Translations under genes and position numbers: made by a program
Notes under the pieces: generated by a model
The model's input: only the letters and a program-made list of their open reading frames with translations
Told to the model about the DNA's origin: nothing
Database searches by the model: none
From: Bacteroidota bacterium
GTDB lineage: Bacteria; Bacteroidota; Bacteroidia; Bacteroidales; CAIWKO01
NCBI GenBank assembly: GCA_037128515.1
Contig: JBAXWF010000007.1
Location: 5,021-69,020, forward strand
Direction: 5' to 3'
DNA length: 64,000 bases
In this document: piece after piece, positions 25,921 through 35,625 of the stretch
Numbering within the stretch: the first letter of the stretch is position 1
How the letters are laid out: every line of letters starts with the position of its first letter

Positions 25921-26508
25921 TTACAATTGTCCGTTTTCGAGCATAACAACTATTTGTTCAATATTTTTATCTTCTCCGGTAGGGTCGTATTTCGATTTTA
26001 AATTGTAGCCATAAACCCGTCCAAATGATTGATAAAAAGTGGCAACTAAGCCTCCCCTAAAATCCTTAATCAAATCGTAGGAAGAAGAACCTGTTTCGCG
26101 ATCAATGAGTTTAATCAAAATACTTCCTTGCTCATCATTCATTTTCTTTACATCATCCTCAAACTGACTCATTAATTCGTCTTCAGCCTTTTTCATCAAT
26201 CTCTTCTTTTCTTTTCTTGAATTTGCATTAGCAATCATGGTATTAAATTCCTTTGCTTTCACTGCAACAATTTTTGCATAAGGATACACACTCTTTACGA
26301 TTAATACAGTTCGGGAAAACTGAAGTGCATCTATTTTGTTTCCAAAAATTAACTTACCATATATCTTAACTTCACTCAGTGGCACTATGGGCAGGGTATC
26401 GCCGTTCACTATAGCAGCGCGGGTAACCACGGCAGTAGTGTCTTGCGCCTTTACTATTGAGGTGGTAAAAATTAATAATAGGAAACTATAGAAAAGTATT
26501 TTTCGCAC
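25921..26508 (-). CDS. secreted DUF4294-like protein
   Basis: Signal peptide. The family assignment is from memory of the conserved layout and is not verified. Confidence 0.4.
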   Translation of the reverse strand: MRKILFYSFLLLIFTTSIVKAQDTTAVVTRAAIVNGDTLPIVPLSEVKIYGKLIFGNKIDALQFSRTVLIVKSVYPYAKIVAVKAKEFNTMIANANSRKEKKRLMKKAEDELMSQFEDDVKKMNDEQGSILIKLIDRETGSSSYDLIKDFRGGLVATFYQSFGRVYGYNLKSKYDPTGEDKNIEQIVVMLENGQL

Positions 26509-26549
26509 TTTGGTTTTTTTTACTGATTCAATTATTATGCCAATACGCG

Positions 26550-27329
26550 CTACACAAACCGCCTGATTAATCTTAGTTTATGCGAATAACATTTCATATC
26601 ATGATTAAAAATACCTTCGTGGTCAATCGGGTCGATACGTACTTTGCCCGAGGCATGAATGATTGTTTGATTGTTAATTAATATTCCGGTGTGTACTATT
26701 TGGTTTTCGATGTTTTCAAAATAAACCAAATCGCCCGGCATGCCTTCGGATATAAAATCAACGGTGGTGCCTTGCACGGACTGTTGCGACGCATTGCGAA
26801 AAACTGGTATACCACAAATTTTCATTACAATTTGTGTAAAACCCGAACAATCGGTTCCAAACGGTGTTCGTCCACCCCAAAGGTAGGGCGCATTCAAATA
26901 TTTTAAGGCCACGTCAACAATTTCGGAACCGTTGGTTGGTGCAGGAATTCGAATACTTTCGGAATTTACGATGTATTCTACCAAACTTATATGGGCCGTA
27001 TCAAATTTCAGATTGGGCAAACTGCTTCCCATCACCACTTGTAAATTCGTTTGGGTGGATTTGTTAAATAGGTTCTGCACTAAATCAGAAGTAACGGCAT
27101 TATTGTGATCAACTAAAAAGTCAAATTCTTCATCGCATAAATTTTTCCCTTGTTTGGCATCAATCCAACCTTCGAAGGAATCGAAAACAGTTTTGATTTT
27201 AATCCAGGTTTCGTAATATTCAAGAATTTTATAGAGTTCGCCAAACAAAAGCTGGGTAATTAATTCCGATTTATGAGAAGGTTCGGCTCTCACAGGAATT
27301 ATACTTATAGTGCAAATACCAGAATCCAT
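26550..27329 (-). CDS. C40-family (NlpC/P60) peptidase with N-terminal SH3-like domain
   Basis: YLWGGRTPFGTDCSGF catalytic Cys motif and a downstream His (IVHTGI). Confidence 0.8.
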   Translation of the reverse strand: MDSGICTISIIPVRAEPSHKSELITQLLFGELYKILEYYETWIKIKTVFDSFEGWIDAKQGKNLCDEEFDFLVDHNNAVTSDLVQNLFNKSTQTNLQVVMGSSLPNLKFDTAHISLVEYIVNSESIRIPAPTNGSEIVDVALKYLNAPYLWGGRTPFGTDCSGFTQIVMKICGIPVFRNASQQSVQGTTVDFISEGMPGDLVYFENIENQIVHTGILINNQTIIHASGKVRIDPIDHEGIFNHDMKCYSHKLRLIRRFV

Positions 27330-27489
27330 CTTTTTTTTTCAGCAAAATAACGAAATTTTATTAAACTAATGCTACTTAACGGCAAACAACACGATAAATT
27401 GCAAGCAATTTAATCAAAACTATTATCAATTATACTCGTATAAAACCATTAATTTTACTTTTCAATTTCAATCCACTATTCATAACGCA

Positions 27490-29535
27490 ATGGATATATC
27501 AAAAACACGCTTGTCGTATTTCTATAAAACAATATTTTTTGTTGCAACCATAGCGCTCATTGTTTTTCTTTTTCCGAAAGAGTACAAATTCAAATACCAG
27601 TTTCAAACAGGCAAACCCTGGATGTACGACGATTTGATTGCACCTTTCGATTTCACCATTAATAAACTCAACAGCGAAATTAATTCCGAAAAAGAAAATA
27701 TTATTAAGGATACGAAACCCTATTACATTTTCGACAAATCAAGCATAAAAACAAAACGAAACCAATTAATAACTAATTTTAATACTACCTGGCAAGACAA
27801 TAATCCTGTTTCGAAAAAACATTATCTCGATGATTGTTTGTCAATTTTCGATTCCATTTACAAAACGGGGGTTATTCGGCTCAACGAATTGGAAATAAAT
27901 AGCGGTGGGGAAACGAATACCGTTTATATTATTTACGACAATGTTGCTTTGGAAAAACCTTTAAATAAGATTTTCAATATAAGGAAAGCCTCACAGTTTA
28001 TCGACAGCAGGCTGATGAGCGAAAAAAATGGCAAAAAGGCATCGCTCCAAAAACTTTTGGAAAATTCGTTGGTTCAGAATATTTATTACAGCAGTGACTA
28101 TACTTACAAACAGCAATACCTGCGCATAAAAAATATTTCGTTAACCAAAGGTGTTGTTCAAAAAGATGAGCGAATAATTTCTAAAGGCGAACTGGTGGAC
28201 CAAAACCGTTTTCAAATACTGCAATCGCTTAAAGAGCAATACGAGGGCTCGACCGAAAACCAACAAAGTTTTTATTATATTTTGTTCGGACAAATAATTT
28301 TGATTTCAATTGCTATAATCATGCTGGTACTGTTTTTACTGATGTTTAGAATTGATATAATTGCCGACAACAAAAAAACACTTTTAATTTTAACCGTTAT
28401 CATTCTCATGGTATTTATTACAAGTTTGATGATTCGACACTATGCGTATGAATACATTTATGTGCTCCCTTTGTGTATTGTTCCCCTTATTATTCGTACT
28501 TTTTTTGATACACGACTGGCCTTATTCGTTCACCTCATTACCATTATTTTGATTGGTTTTTTAGTTCCTGATGGATTCGAGTTTATTTTTCTGCAATTAA
28601 TTTCAGGTATAGTTACCATCATAAGTATTGTGCGGATTGAAAAGCGCGCACAATTCTTTATCACATCCATTTATATATTTTTTACGTATTCGCTCATTTA
28701 TATTGGTATGAGTATGTTGCAAACAGGTAGCTACATGGGCATTACTTCGCAAAATTTTATGTATTTTAGTATCAATTCTGCTTTAACTTTGTTGGCCTAT
28801 CCGATGATTGTTTTATATGAACGACTTTTTGGTTATGTTACCAATATCTCGCTGCTCGAATATTCTAACACCAACAACAAACTCTTACGCGAATTGTCGC
28901 AGAAAGCCGCTGCCACGTTTCAACATTCATTGCAAGTGGCCAATTTGGCCGAAGAGGCTGCCCGAAGAATTGGTGCCAATGCCTTGCTTATTCGCACAGG
29001 AGCAATGTATCACGATGTTGGAAAAATGGAAAACTCTATGTTTTTCACCGAAAATCAAATCAACAATTACAACCCCCACGGTACAAAAAACTATGCCGAA
29101 AGTGCTGCTATTGTTATTCGGCACGTGGAGCTCGGCGTTGCTATTGCTCGTAAACATGGTTTGCCCGAACAATTGATTGATTTTATTCGAACGCATCACG
29201 GAACCAAGCGAACCGAATACTTTTATACGATGCAGAAAATGGAACAACCCGACCATACTAACGAAAATGATTTTAGGTATCCGGGTCCCTGCCCTTTTTC
29301 GAAGGAAACTGCCCTGCTGATGATGGCCGATGCGGTGGAAGCCGCTTCGCGAAGCCTGAAAATGCCCGACAAACAATCGCTAAGCGATTTGGTGGAACAT
29401 ATTGTGGATAGCCAAATTGATCAGAAACAATTTAAAAATGTTGATATCACCCTGCGCGATATCAGCCGAGTTAAAAGCGTGTTTAAAACCAACCTCATGA
29501 ACAAATATCATCTGAGGGTTGAATACCCCAAATGA
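27490..29535 (+). CDS. 7TM-receptor-type HDIG-domain phosphohydrolase
   Basis: Extracellular N-domain, 7 hydrophobic helices, and a C-terminal HD domain (HSLQVANLA...MYHDVGK...HHG). Confidence 0.8.
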   Translation: MDISKTRLSYFYKTIFFVATIALIVFLFPKEYKFKYQFQTGKPWMYDDLIAPFDFTINKLNSEINSEKENIIKDTKPYYIFDKSSIKTKRNQLITNFNTTWQDNNPVSKKHYLDDCLSIFDSIYKTGVIRLNELEINSGGETNTVYIIYDNVALEKPLNKIFNIRKASQFIDSRLMSEKNGKKASLQKLLENSLVQNIYYSSDYTYKQQYLRIKNISLTKGVVQKDERIISKGELVDQNRFQILQSLKEQYEGSTENQQSFYYILFGQIILISIAIIMLVLFLLMFRIDIIADNKKTLLILTVIILMVFITSLMIRHYAYEYIYVLPLCIVPLIIRTFFDTRLALFVHLITIILIGFLVPDGFEFIFLQLISGIVTIISIVRIEKRAQFFITSIYIFFTYSLIYIGMSMLQTGSYMGITSQNFMYFSINSALTLLAYPMIVLYERLFGYVTNISLLEYSNTNNKLLRELSQKAAATFQHSLQVANLAEEAARRIGANALLIRTGAMYHDVGKMENSMFFTENQINNYNPHGTKNYAESAAIVIRHVELGVAIARKHGLPEQLIDFIRTHHGTKRTEYFYTMQKMEQPDHTNENDFRYPGPCPFSKETALLMMADAVEAASRSLKMPDKQSLSDLVEHIVDSQIDQKQFKNVDITLRDISRVKSVFKTNLMNKYHLRVEYPK

Positions 29536-29537
29536 TT

Positions 29538-30140
29538 TCAGAAACTTTTTAGATAGTGTAATGATTCGGGACCGCAATTGAACAGCAAATCGAGCAGGCT
29601 CAAATTCGGAATAAAACCAAACTTTTCATCAAAAACCTGTGTGTAGGCCGGAAACGGAAGTTGGGAGGTTTTTTTTGGGCTGATGCTGCTGCGATAGTCG
29701 GGCTCTTGGTTGTAGTCAGTAATATATTTTTCGGAAAGAACCAAGGTAGGCGAATATTTTAGCAACTTGAAAGCATGTTGGGTTATTTTCATATTAAAAT
29801 CGAGCAACCAGATGTGTTTTTGTGTAAAAAACGTTTCCAGTTCGGCTTGATAATACATAAAAAAAGGCGATTTATTGTAGGCCGAATGCAATGCTTTTAA
29901 ATGCATTTTGTGCCAGGGCAAGCTGTAGGATATTTTAACTTCTTTCAAAGGCAAATGATTGCGGCGGCATTTCTCTAATGAAACACTCAAATCGAGTTTG
30001 CCGTTGGCGGTATATATTGTGCAACGGTTTCGGTAGGTTTGTTTCAGAAAGTTTTCGTGGGCTTCTACCACAATTTTATCGGTTTTAACAGCATGGTAAA
30101 AGAATTCGATGGGGGGGAAATATGCTGTTGAAAATATCAT
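29538..30140 (-). CDS. WbqC-family protein
   Basis: MIFSTAYFPPIEFF N-terminus is typical of WbqC. Start chosen at the internal Met (track ORF extends to 30182). Confidence 0.65.
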   Translation of the reverse strand: MIFSTAYFPPIEFFYHAVKTDKIVVEAHENFLKQTYRNRCTIYTANGKLDLSVSLEKCRRNHLPLKEVKISYSLPWHKMHLKALHSAYNKSPFFMYYQAELETFFTQKHIWLLDFNMKITQHAFKLLKYSPTLVLSEKYITDYNQEPDYRSSISPKKTSQLPFPAYTQVFDEKFGFIPNLSLLDLLFNCGPESLHYLKSF

Positions 30141-30297
30141 GGTTATTTTTTTTACAAATTTCTTAAATTTTCTGCAATTCATATAATTTTAGCGTACAAT
30201 TTTACGTTTCATTTGTATCAACTGCATTCATCATAAATAAAACGCTTTGCCTATGCATTAAATGCCCCTACTCTGCAACCAATAAAAACCATGCGCT

Positions 30298-31179
30298 ATG
30301 AAAAAATTTATTTCAATTTTGCTGTTACTGGTTTTAAGTGCCGGTATAAGCACAAAAGCAACAAACGCTTTGAGTTTGTTCGAAGCTGTTAAAAATAAAA
30401 TGGTAACAGTTACATTGGCAGGACGAGGGTATTCGGTGGAAAATGGCACTTCGCATTACGGAAAATGTATTTCGCTAGAAATTAAAAATCTTACATCGCA
30501 AAGCTTGGAGCTTAAGGTGGAAGTGGGCCGCAGATTAAAATGTGTTTACGACAGCATTCAGGATATGATGATTTCGCGCTCCGAAATGTTTGCTTTGGCG
30601 CCTTATGCCAAGTACGATTACACCATCAATGCATTTTGCACACAAAAACACGACAGAGCGCCCGGCGAAACTTCGTTTTACGATTTGAGCAGCATGAGCG
30701 AAGGGTATCTTTTTCAATTGGCACAACTAATTGAATCGTTGGATTGCCAAAACAACACTGGCCAGCAAGCGGTGTGGGTTTTAACCGATAGCATTTCGCC
30801 AAACGATATTACCGGGGCCGATGCCTCCAAGGTGAAAAAGCTGAAAGATTTTGTGGAATTTGCTTTGGCAAGTTCAAAAAAGCAAGGTATCAGCGGCATG
30901 ATGTACGATTATTCGTTTCCCGACAAAACCACTGCTGGGTTTGCTATTAAAGGCGAAATAAATTGGAACATGCCCTATACCAGTTTTGTTACCATCACAA
31001 TTTATGATAACCAAAACAACAAAGTTGCGATACTTTTTGCCGAAAAGCCCTACAAAACAGGGTTTCAAACTTACAACTACGATTTAACCAACACCGCGTT
31101 CAAAGAAGGTGAACTGTATTGGCTGCGTGTGGAGGGTTGCGGAAAACGCCTGAAAGAGCTGGCTATAAAAATGGAATGA
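30298..31179 (+). CDS. hypothetical secreted protein
   Basis: Signal peptide. No recognised domain. Confidence 0.5.
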   Translation: MKKFISILLLLVLSAGISTKATNALSLFEAVKNKMVTVTLAGRGYSVENGTSHYGKCISLEIKNLTSQSLELKVEVGRRLKCVYDSIQDMMISRSEMFALAPYAKYDYTINAFCTQKHDRAPGETSFYDLSSMSEGYLFQLAQLIESLDCQNNTGQQAVWVLTDSISPNDITGADASKVKKLKDFVEFALASSKKQGISGMMYDYSFPDKTTAGFAIKGEINWNMPYTSFVTITIYDNQNNKVAILFAEKPYKTGFQTYNYDLTNTAFKEGELYWLRVEGCGKRLKELAIKME

Positions 31180-31184
31180 AAATG

Positions 31185-31214
31185 AAGGGGTGTTTTAAAC
31201 ACCCTTTATTTTTT
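31185..31214 (+). terminator. Rho-independent terminator
   Basis: Stem gggtgt/acaccc with a 5-nt loop, followed by a T-run. Confidence 0.55.
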
Positions 31215-31233
31215 CGGTTTCTTTATTAATGTG

Positions 31234-31241
31234 TAAGTTTG
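31234..31241 (+). promoter_or_regulatory. -7 promoter box TAAGTTTG
   Basis: Exact TAnnTTTG 14 nt upstream of the TTG start at 31255. Confidence 0.4.
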
Positions 31242-31254
31242 TAAAAAATTTATT

Positions 31255-32004
31255 TTGGAAAAAGACCAGTTAATCTACGGTATTCGTCCGCTTATTGAAG
31301 CCATAAATGCTGGAAAAGATGTGGATAAAATTTTAATTCAAAACGGATTAAAGTCGGAGTTATTTCACGAGTTTCGCAGTTTGCTTGCCCAGCGCAACAT
31401 CCCCTACCAGTTTGTGCCCATCGAAAAACTTAAGCGCGTTACCACCAAAAATCATCAGGGTGTGATTGGGTTTGTTTCAAACATTGTGTACAGCGAAGTG
31501 GAAAATATTGTACCCTTTGTGTTTGAACAGGGACACATGCCGCTTATAATTATTCTCGACCGCATAACCGATGTGCGCAACTTTGGAGCCATTGCCCGCA
31601 GCGCCGAATGTGCCGGTGCCGATGCCATTGTTATTCCGTATTTCAACTCCGTTAGGGTGAGTGCCGATGCTATCAAGAGCTCGGCGGGGGCACTGCACAA
31701 AATACCCGTGTGCCGCAGTTTGAGTATGATAAAAACGGTGGAGTTTTTAAAATCGAGCGGACTGCAAATTGTGGCTTGCACCGAAAAAGCACAACAACCC
31801 TATTACAACTGCAATTTTAACTTGCCAACGGCCATTATCATGGGCTCAGAAGATGACGGCATTTCGGATGTATTGCTGAAAGCTGCTGACCATAAGTTCA
31901 AAATTGAGATGGTGGGCGAAATACAATCGCTAAATGTGTCGGTGGCCACAGGCATTGTGCTTTTCGAAGCACTGAAACAGCGAACAACAGCCGAAAGTTT
32001 GTGA
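31255..32004 (+). CDS. rlmB: 23S rRNA (guanosine-2'-O-)-methyltransferase RlmB (SpoU/TrmH family)
   Basis: N-terminal SpoU substrate-binding domain (IYGIRPLIEAI) plus SpoU motifs (DRITDVRNFGAIARSAE, IMGSEDDGIS, SLNVSVATGI). Confidence 0.8.
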   Translation: MEKDQLIYGIRPLIEAINAGKDVDKILIQNGLKSELFHEFRSLLAQRNIPYQFVPIEKLKRVTTKNHQGVIGFVSNIVYSEVENIVPFVFEQGHMPLIIILDRITDVRNFGAIARSAECAGADAIVIPYFNSVRVSADAIKSSAGALHKIPVCRSLSMIKTVEFLKSSGLQIVACTEKAQQPYYNCNFNLPTAIIMGSEDDGISDVLLKAADHKFKIEMVGEIQSLNVSVATGIVLFEALKQRTTAESL

Positions 32005-32027
32005 ACGGAATCGGAGAAAAGTAGGCC

Positions 32028-32189
32028 AAAAGGCGCCTTAGATGGCCCATTGGCGGCAACCTAAGGCCAGGTTTCCACCATTGCTTTAGAACTTTCCACC
32101 ATTGCTGTAGAACTTTCCACCAAAGGTTTAAAAGATGCGACCAAAGGTTTAAGAGTTTCCACCATTGCTTTACGAGTTTCCGAAACAGC
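32028..32189. repeat. tandem minisatellite C, exact 21-bp period, 6 clean units plus degenerate 5' units
   Basis: TTTCC core at 32072, 32093, 32114, 32156 and 32177, with CCAAAGG at 32120 and 32141. It fills the whole convergent intergenic space. Confidence 0.9.
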
Positions 32190-33074
32190 TTAAAGTTTGG
32201 CTTTGGTTCGGCTCTTCACCAAGGTGTAAACCAACACAGAGGCGAGTATGATTGAAGCTCCGGTGTAGAAGCCTGGCGACATGTGTTCAGATTGGCCAAA
32301 AATGAAATAAGCGGCTAAAATTCCGTAAATGGGTTCCAGGTTGATGGCCAACACCACATGAAATGCCGAGAGTTTTTGCATGATTTTGACCGTTGCCGAA
32401 AAGGCAAAAGCAGTGCAAATTACCCCCAGCAGCAACAAAAAGATGAGATCGCGGGTGGTGAGGTTCAAACGAATGTTGGCATAATCTTTTGCCAAAAACA
32501 AAAAAATGGTGAGCGCCACAAAACCGCTCAGCATTTCGTAAAACGTAATAACATCGGGTTTGTAGCTCAGGGCAATTTGCTTGTTGAGCACACTAAACAA
32601 ACTGGCAAACAGGGCTGCAAACAAAGTGAACACAATGCCCAGCAAAAAGCGCGTTTCGAACTGAAAAATAATATAAATACCAAAAATAATAACTAAACCA
32701 ATAATGACTTCGAGCAGCGATAGGCGTTTGCGATTAAGCAAGGGTTCAATTAAACTGGTGAAAAGGGTGGTAACAGACAAACAGCCCAAAGTCACCGACA
32801 CGTTAGAAACTTTGATGGCCTGAAAAAAACATATCCAATGCACGGCAATAACCAAGCCGATGGCGCTTAATTTGGCTATATCGCGCCAAGGCAACAGCAG
32901 CGTTTGTCGGCGAATGGCCACAATAATCAACAGGGCCAGCACAGCAATAAGCATACGATACCACACCAGTTCGTAGGCAGGCAGCGAAATGAGTTTACCC
33001 AAAATGGCTGTAAAACCCAAAATGATAACAATGAAATGCAGCAGCAGGTTGTTTTGGAGGAGTTCTTTTTTCAT
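32190..33074 (-). CDS. EamA-family (DMT) transporter
   Basis: 10 hydrophobic helices in two EamA halves. Start set at the internal Met because a -7 box lies inside the longer track ORF. Confidence 0.75.
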   Translation of the reverse strand: MKKELLQNNLLLHFIVIILGFTAILGKLISLPAYELVWYRMLIAVLALLIIVAIRRQTLLLPWRDIAKLSAIGLVIAVHWICFFQAIKVSNVSVTLGCLSVTTLFTSLIEPLLNRKRLSLLEVIIGLVIIFGIYIIFQFETRFLLGIVFTLFAALFASLFSVLNKQIALSYKPDVITFYEMLSGFVALTIFLFLAKDYANIRLNLTTRDLIFLLLLGVICTAFAFSATVKIMQKLSAFHVVLAINLEPIYGILAAYFIFGQSEHMSPGFYTGASIILASVLVYTLVKSRTKAKL

Positions 33075-33089
33075 ACAACAACAATGCTG

Positions 33090-33097
33090 CAAAAGTA
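33090..33097 (-). promoter_or_regulatory. -7 promoter box TACTTTTG for the EamA gene
   Basis: Exact TAnnTTTG on the minus strand, 16 nt upstream of the ATG at 33074. Confidence 0.45.
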
Positions 33098-33140
33098 AAA
33101 ACATTTTTGATGGATAATCCTACAGCCTGTTTTTTTTTTA

Positions 33141-33148
33141 TACTTTTG
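33141..33148 (+). promoter_or_regulatory. -7 promoter box TACTTTTG for the sulfotransferase/flippase unit
   Basis: Exact TAnnTTTG 24 nt upstream of the ATG at 33172. Confidence 0.45.
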
Positions 33149-33171
33149 AAACGAAAATAAAAAGCGTATGG

Positions 33172-34227
33172 ATGAATGAGCAATTAGGGAATGTAAACAG
33201 TTTTTTTATTATCGGCCGTCCGCGCTCGGGCACCACGCTACTAAGCATTCTTTTTGATGCGCACCCCCATGTGATTATGCCAGGCGAGTGCAATTTTATT
33301 TTGGCACTTTCGCAAAAGTATAAAAACATTAAATGCTTTGATAGCAAAACCCTGCTCGAATTTGTTGCCGATTTAAAATTAACCCGAAATTATAGTTCAC
33401 TTGGCATCAACCCGGAGCAACTAAAAACAAATTTAGAAAAGTTGCCTGTTCACGCCACGTATATCGATTTTTTTAAAACGGTGCAATGTTCCAGCAAATC
33501 GATATTCGAAAAGAAAGATATTTGTTATGTTGGAGATAAAAACCCTTCGTATTCGAACCAAAATTTTCATCGCATCCTAGAGTTGTTTCCCAACGCGAAA
33601 TATATTCATCTTGTGCGCGATTATCACGACCATATTGCATCCATGCTTCACGCAAAATTTAGAATGTCCTCCCCTACCTTGATTGCTATTGCTTGGAAAC
33701 ATTCACTTAACATCCTTGCTAAATATAAGAAAAAATATCCTGAAAATTTTTACACCCTCCGATACGAAGATTTGGTTACCAACCCAGAAAAAACGATGAT
33801 TGATGTTCATGCTTTTCTAAATCTTGAATACAATCCAAGCATTTTTGATTTTTATAAAAAAGCCGAAGCCTACAGGGCAAGCCAACCATCAATCGATTTT
33901 GAAACCTTTCATAAGTCGCTTTTTAAACCAATCGACAAAAGCCGAATTGGTATCTGGCACACCGTTTTGAAAGGAAACCAGCTCAGTTCGGTTGAATTTG
34001 TGGCCGGCCGCATCGGAAAAAAATATGGTTATACAAGCGAACCACATCGGCTAAGCCCCAAAGTTATTTATTTACTCATAACGTGGCAAATGTTTTATTT
34101 GGTGGTGATTGTTTTGCGAGGTTTTGTAACTTCGCTACCTATAAACACCCGATTAAAAGTTGTTGCCATTATCAAAAAGAATAGATTTGTAAAGATTTTA
34201 TATAAATTTATAGCCCACAACCCCTGA
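33172..34227 (+). CDS. sulfotransferase with C-terminal hydrophobic segment
   Basis: 5'-PSB loop GRPRSGTTLL, 3'-PB motif VRDYHDHIAS, and a C-terminal hydrophobic stretch LLITWQMFYLVVIVL. Confidence 0.8.
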   Translation: MNEQLGNVNSFFIIGRPRSGTTLLSILFDAHPHVIMPGECNFILALSQKYKNIKCFDSKTLLEFVADLKLTRNYSSLGINPEQLKTNLEKLPVHATYIDFFKTVQCSSKSIFEKKDICYVGDKNPSYSNQNFHRILELFPNAKYIHLVRDYHDHIASMLHAKFRMSSPTLIAIAWKHSLNILAKYKKKYPENFYTLRYEDLVTNPEKTMIDVHAFLNLEYNPSIFDFYKKAEAYRASQPSIDFETFHKSLFKPIDKSRIGIWHTVLKGNQLSSVEFVAGRIGKKYGYTSEPHRLSPKVIYLLITWQMFYLVVIVLRGFVTSLPINTRLKVVAIIKKNRFVKILYKFIAHNP

Positions 34228-34237
34228 CAAACAGCAA

Positions 34238-35587
34238 ATGAGTTCAAAAAAAGACATGATATCCGAAATATTCGGCGTTTTTACCAGTAATTTGGCTGCC
34301 CTGTTTTTTGCGTTCGGCACCGGCGTGATACTGTCGCGAGTGCTGGGCCCCGAACTAAAAGGCATGTACACTTCGCTGCTTGTCATACCGGGTATTATAG
34401 CCAGCATTGCCGCTTTTGGCACACGGCAATCGTCAATTTATCATATCGGAAAAAAAATATTCAGCAACCAGCAGGTTATTTCGGCATTAACTTTTTTGTT
34501 TTTAATGAGCAGCAGCATCGGCATAGCCTTGCTGATAACCTATCATGGTTTTCGCCACGACAATTACACCCTGTGGATGATAGCTTTGGCAGTGATATAT
34601 ATTCCCATCAAGTTGCTAATTACCTACTCGGGCTCTGTGTTTTTGGCTAACGTGCAATTTAAAAAAGCCAACAGGCTAAAATGGCTCACCGCCTTGCTCA
34701 CCCTGCTCACCGTGGTGGTGTTTGTGTATGTGCTGCGCCTGTCGGTGGTTGGTGCGTTGGTGGCCCTGATATTGGCTTCGCTGCTGGTGTTGGTACTAGC
34801 CATTTATACCATTGCAAAAGATTATGGCATTAAAATACATTTCGACAAAAAAGTGATAATAACCCTATTTCGCATGGGCATAATTTATGCCATTGCGCTT
34901 TTTATCATTCAGCTTAATTTTCGTTTAGATATTATGTTGTTAGATCAACTTTCGAATAAAACCGAAATTGGATATTATTCCATTGGCGTTTCGGTGGCCG
35001 AAAAACTATGGCAAATACCCTTCGCCATAGGCATAGTGGTTATTAGCCGAAGCGCGAGCACCAGCAACATGCCCCAACTTATAACAGATGTGGGTCGGTT
35101 GATGCGGCTCGGAGTTTTAACCGTGCTCATGGCATCGGTGGTGTTGTATTTCATTGTTCCGTTTGCCATTCCTTTCCTCTACGGACATGCCTTTAGCAAA
35201 AGCATAAGCGTGGTTCAAACTATTTTGCCTGGTATTGTGTTTTTTGTTGTTGTAAGGGTGTTGGCAAGCAGTTTGGCCGGTTTGGGAAAACCCTGGATTA
35301 TCATTTGGGTTTTTCTGCCGGCATTAGTAATAAACGTAATTCTGAATTTGTTTTGGATACCCCCTTACGGTTGCATAGGAGCCTCCTGGGCCACCAATGT
35401 GAGTTATACCGCAGGAGCCCTAGGCCTAATTATAGCTTATGCCCGAATAGCCAAAGTTTCGGTTTTGAGTTTGATACTGTTTACCCGCGATGATTTTAAA
35501 TTAATTGAGAATATAAAAGCTGTGAGAAAAAGAAAACGCGAATTAAAAAACTTTCAGGAAGAAATTGCAAACGACGACGATGCATAA
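34238..35587 (+). CDS. oligosaccharide flippase (Wzx-like, MOP superfamily)
   Basis: About 12-14 hydrophobic helices, located between two sulfotransferase genes. Confidence 0.75.
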   Translation: MSSKKDMISEIFGVFTSNLAALFFAFGTGVILSRVLGPELKGMYTSLLVIPGIIASIAAFGTRQSSIYHIGKKIFSNQQVISALTFLFLMSSSIGIALLITYHGFRHDNYTLWMIALAVIYIPIKLLITYSGSVFLANVQFKKANRLKWLTALLTLLTVVVFVYVLRLSVVGALVALILASLLVLVLAIYTIAKDYGIKIHFDKKVIITLFRMGIIYAIALFIIQLNFRLDIMLLDQLSNKTEIGYYSIGVSVAEKLWQIPFAIGIVVISRSASTSNMPQLITDVGRLMRLGVLTVLMASVVLYFIVPFAIPFLYGHAFSKSISVVQTILPGIVFFVVVRVLASSLAGLGKPWIIIWVFLPALVINVILNLFWIPPYGCIGASWATNVSYTAGALGLIIAYARIAKVSVLSLILFTRDDFKLIENIKAVRKRKRELKNFQEEIANDDDA

Positions 35588-35625
35588 ACCATAGTGAAAC
35601 CTAAAATCAATTATTGCAAAACAAC

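Noticed and set aside
32072-32189. Phased DnaA-box cluster (oriC or datA-like) in minisatellite C
   Set aside because: CTTTCCACC matches only 7 of 9 consensus positions, with mismatches at both ends. There is no dnaA/dnaN, AT-rich unwinding element or GC-skew evidence available. It is mentioned only as a testable aside.
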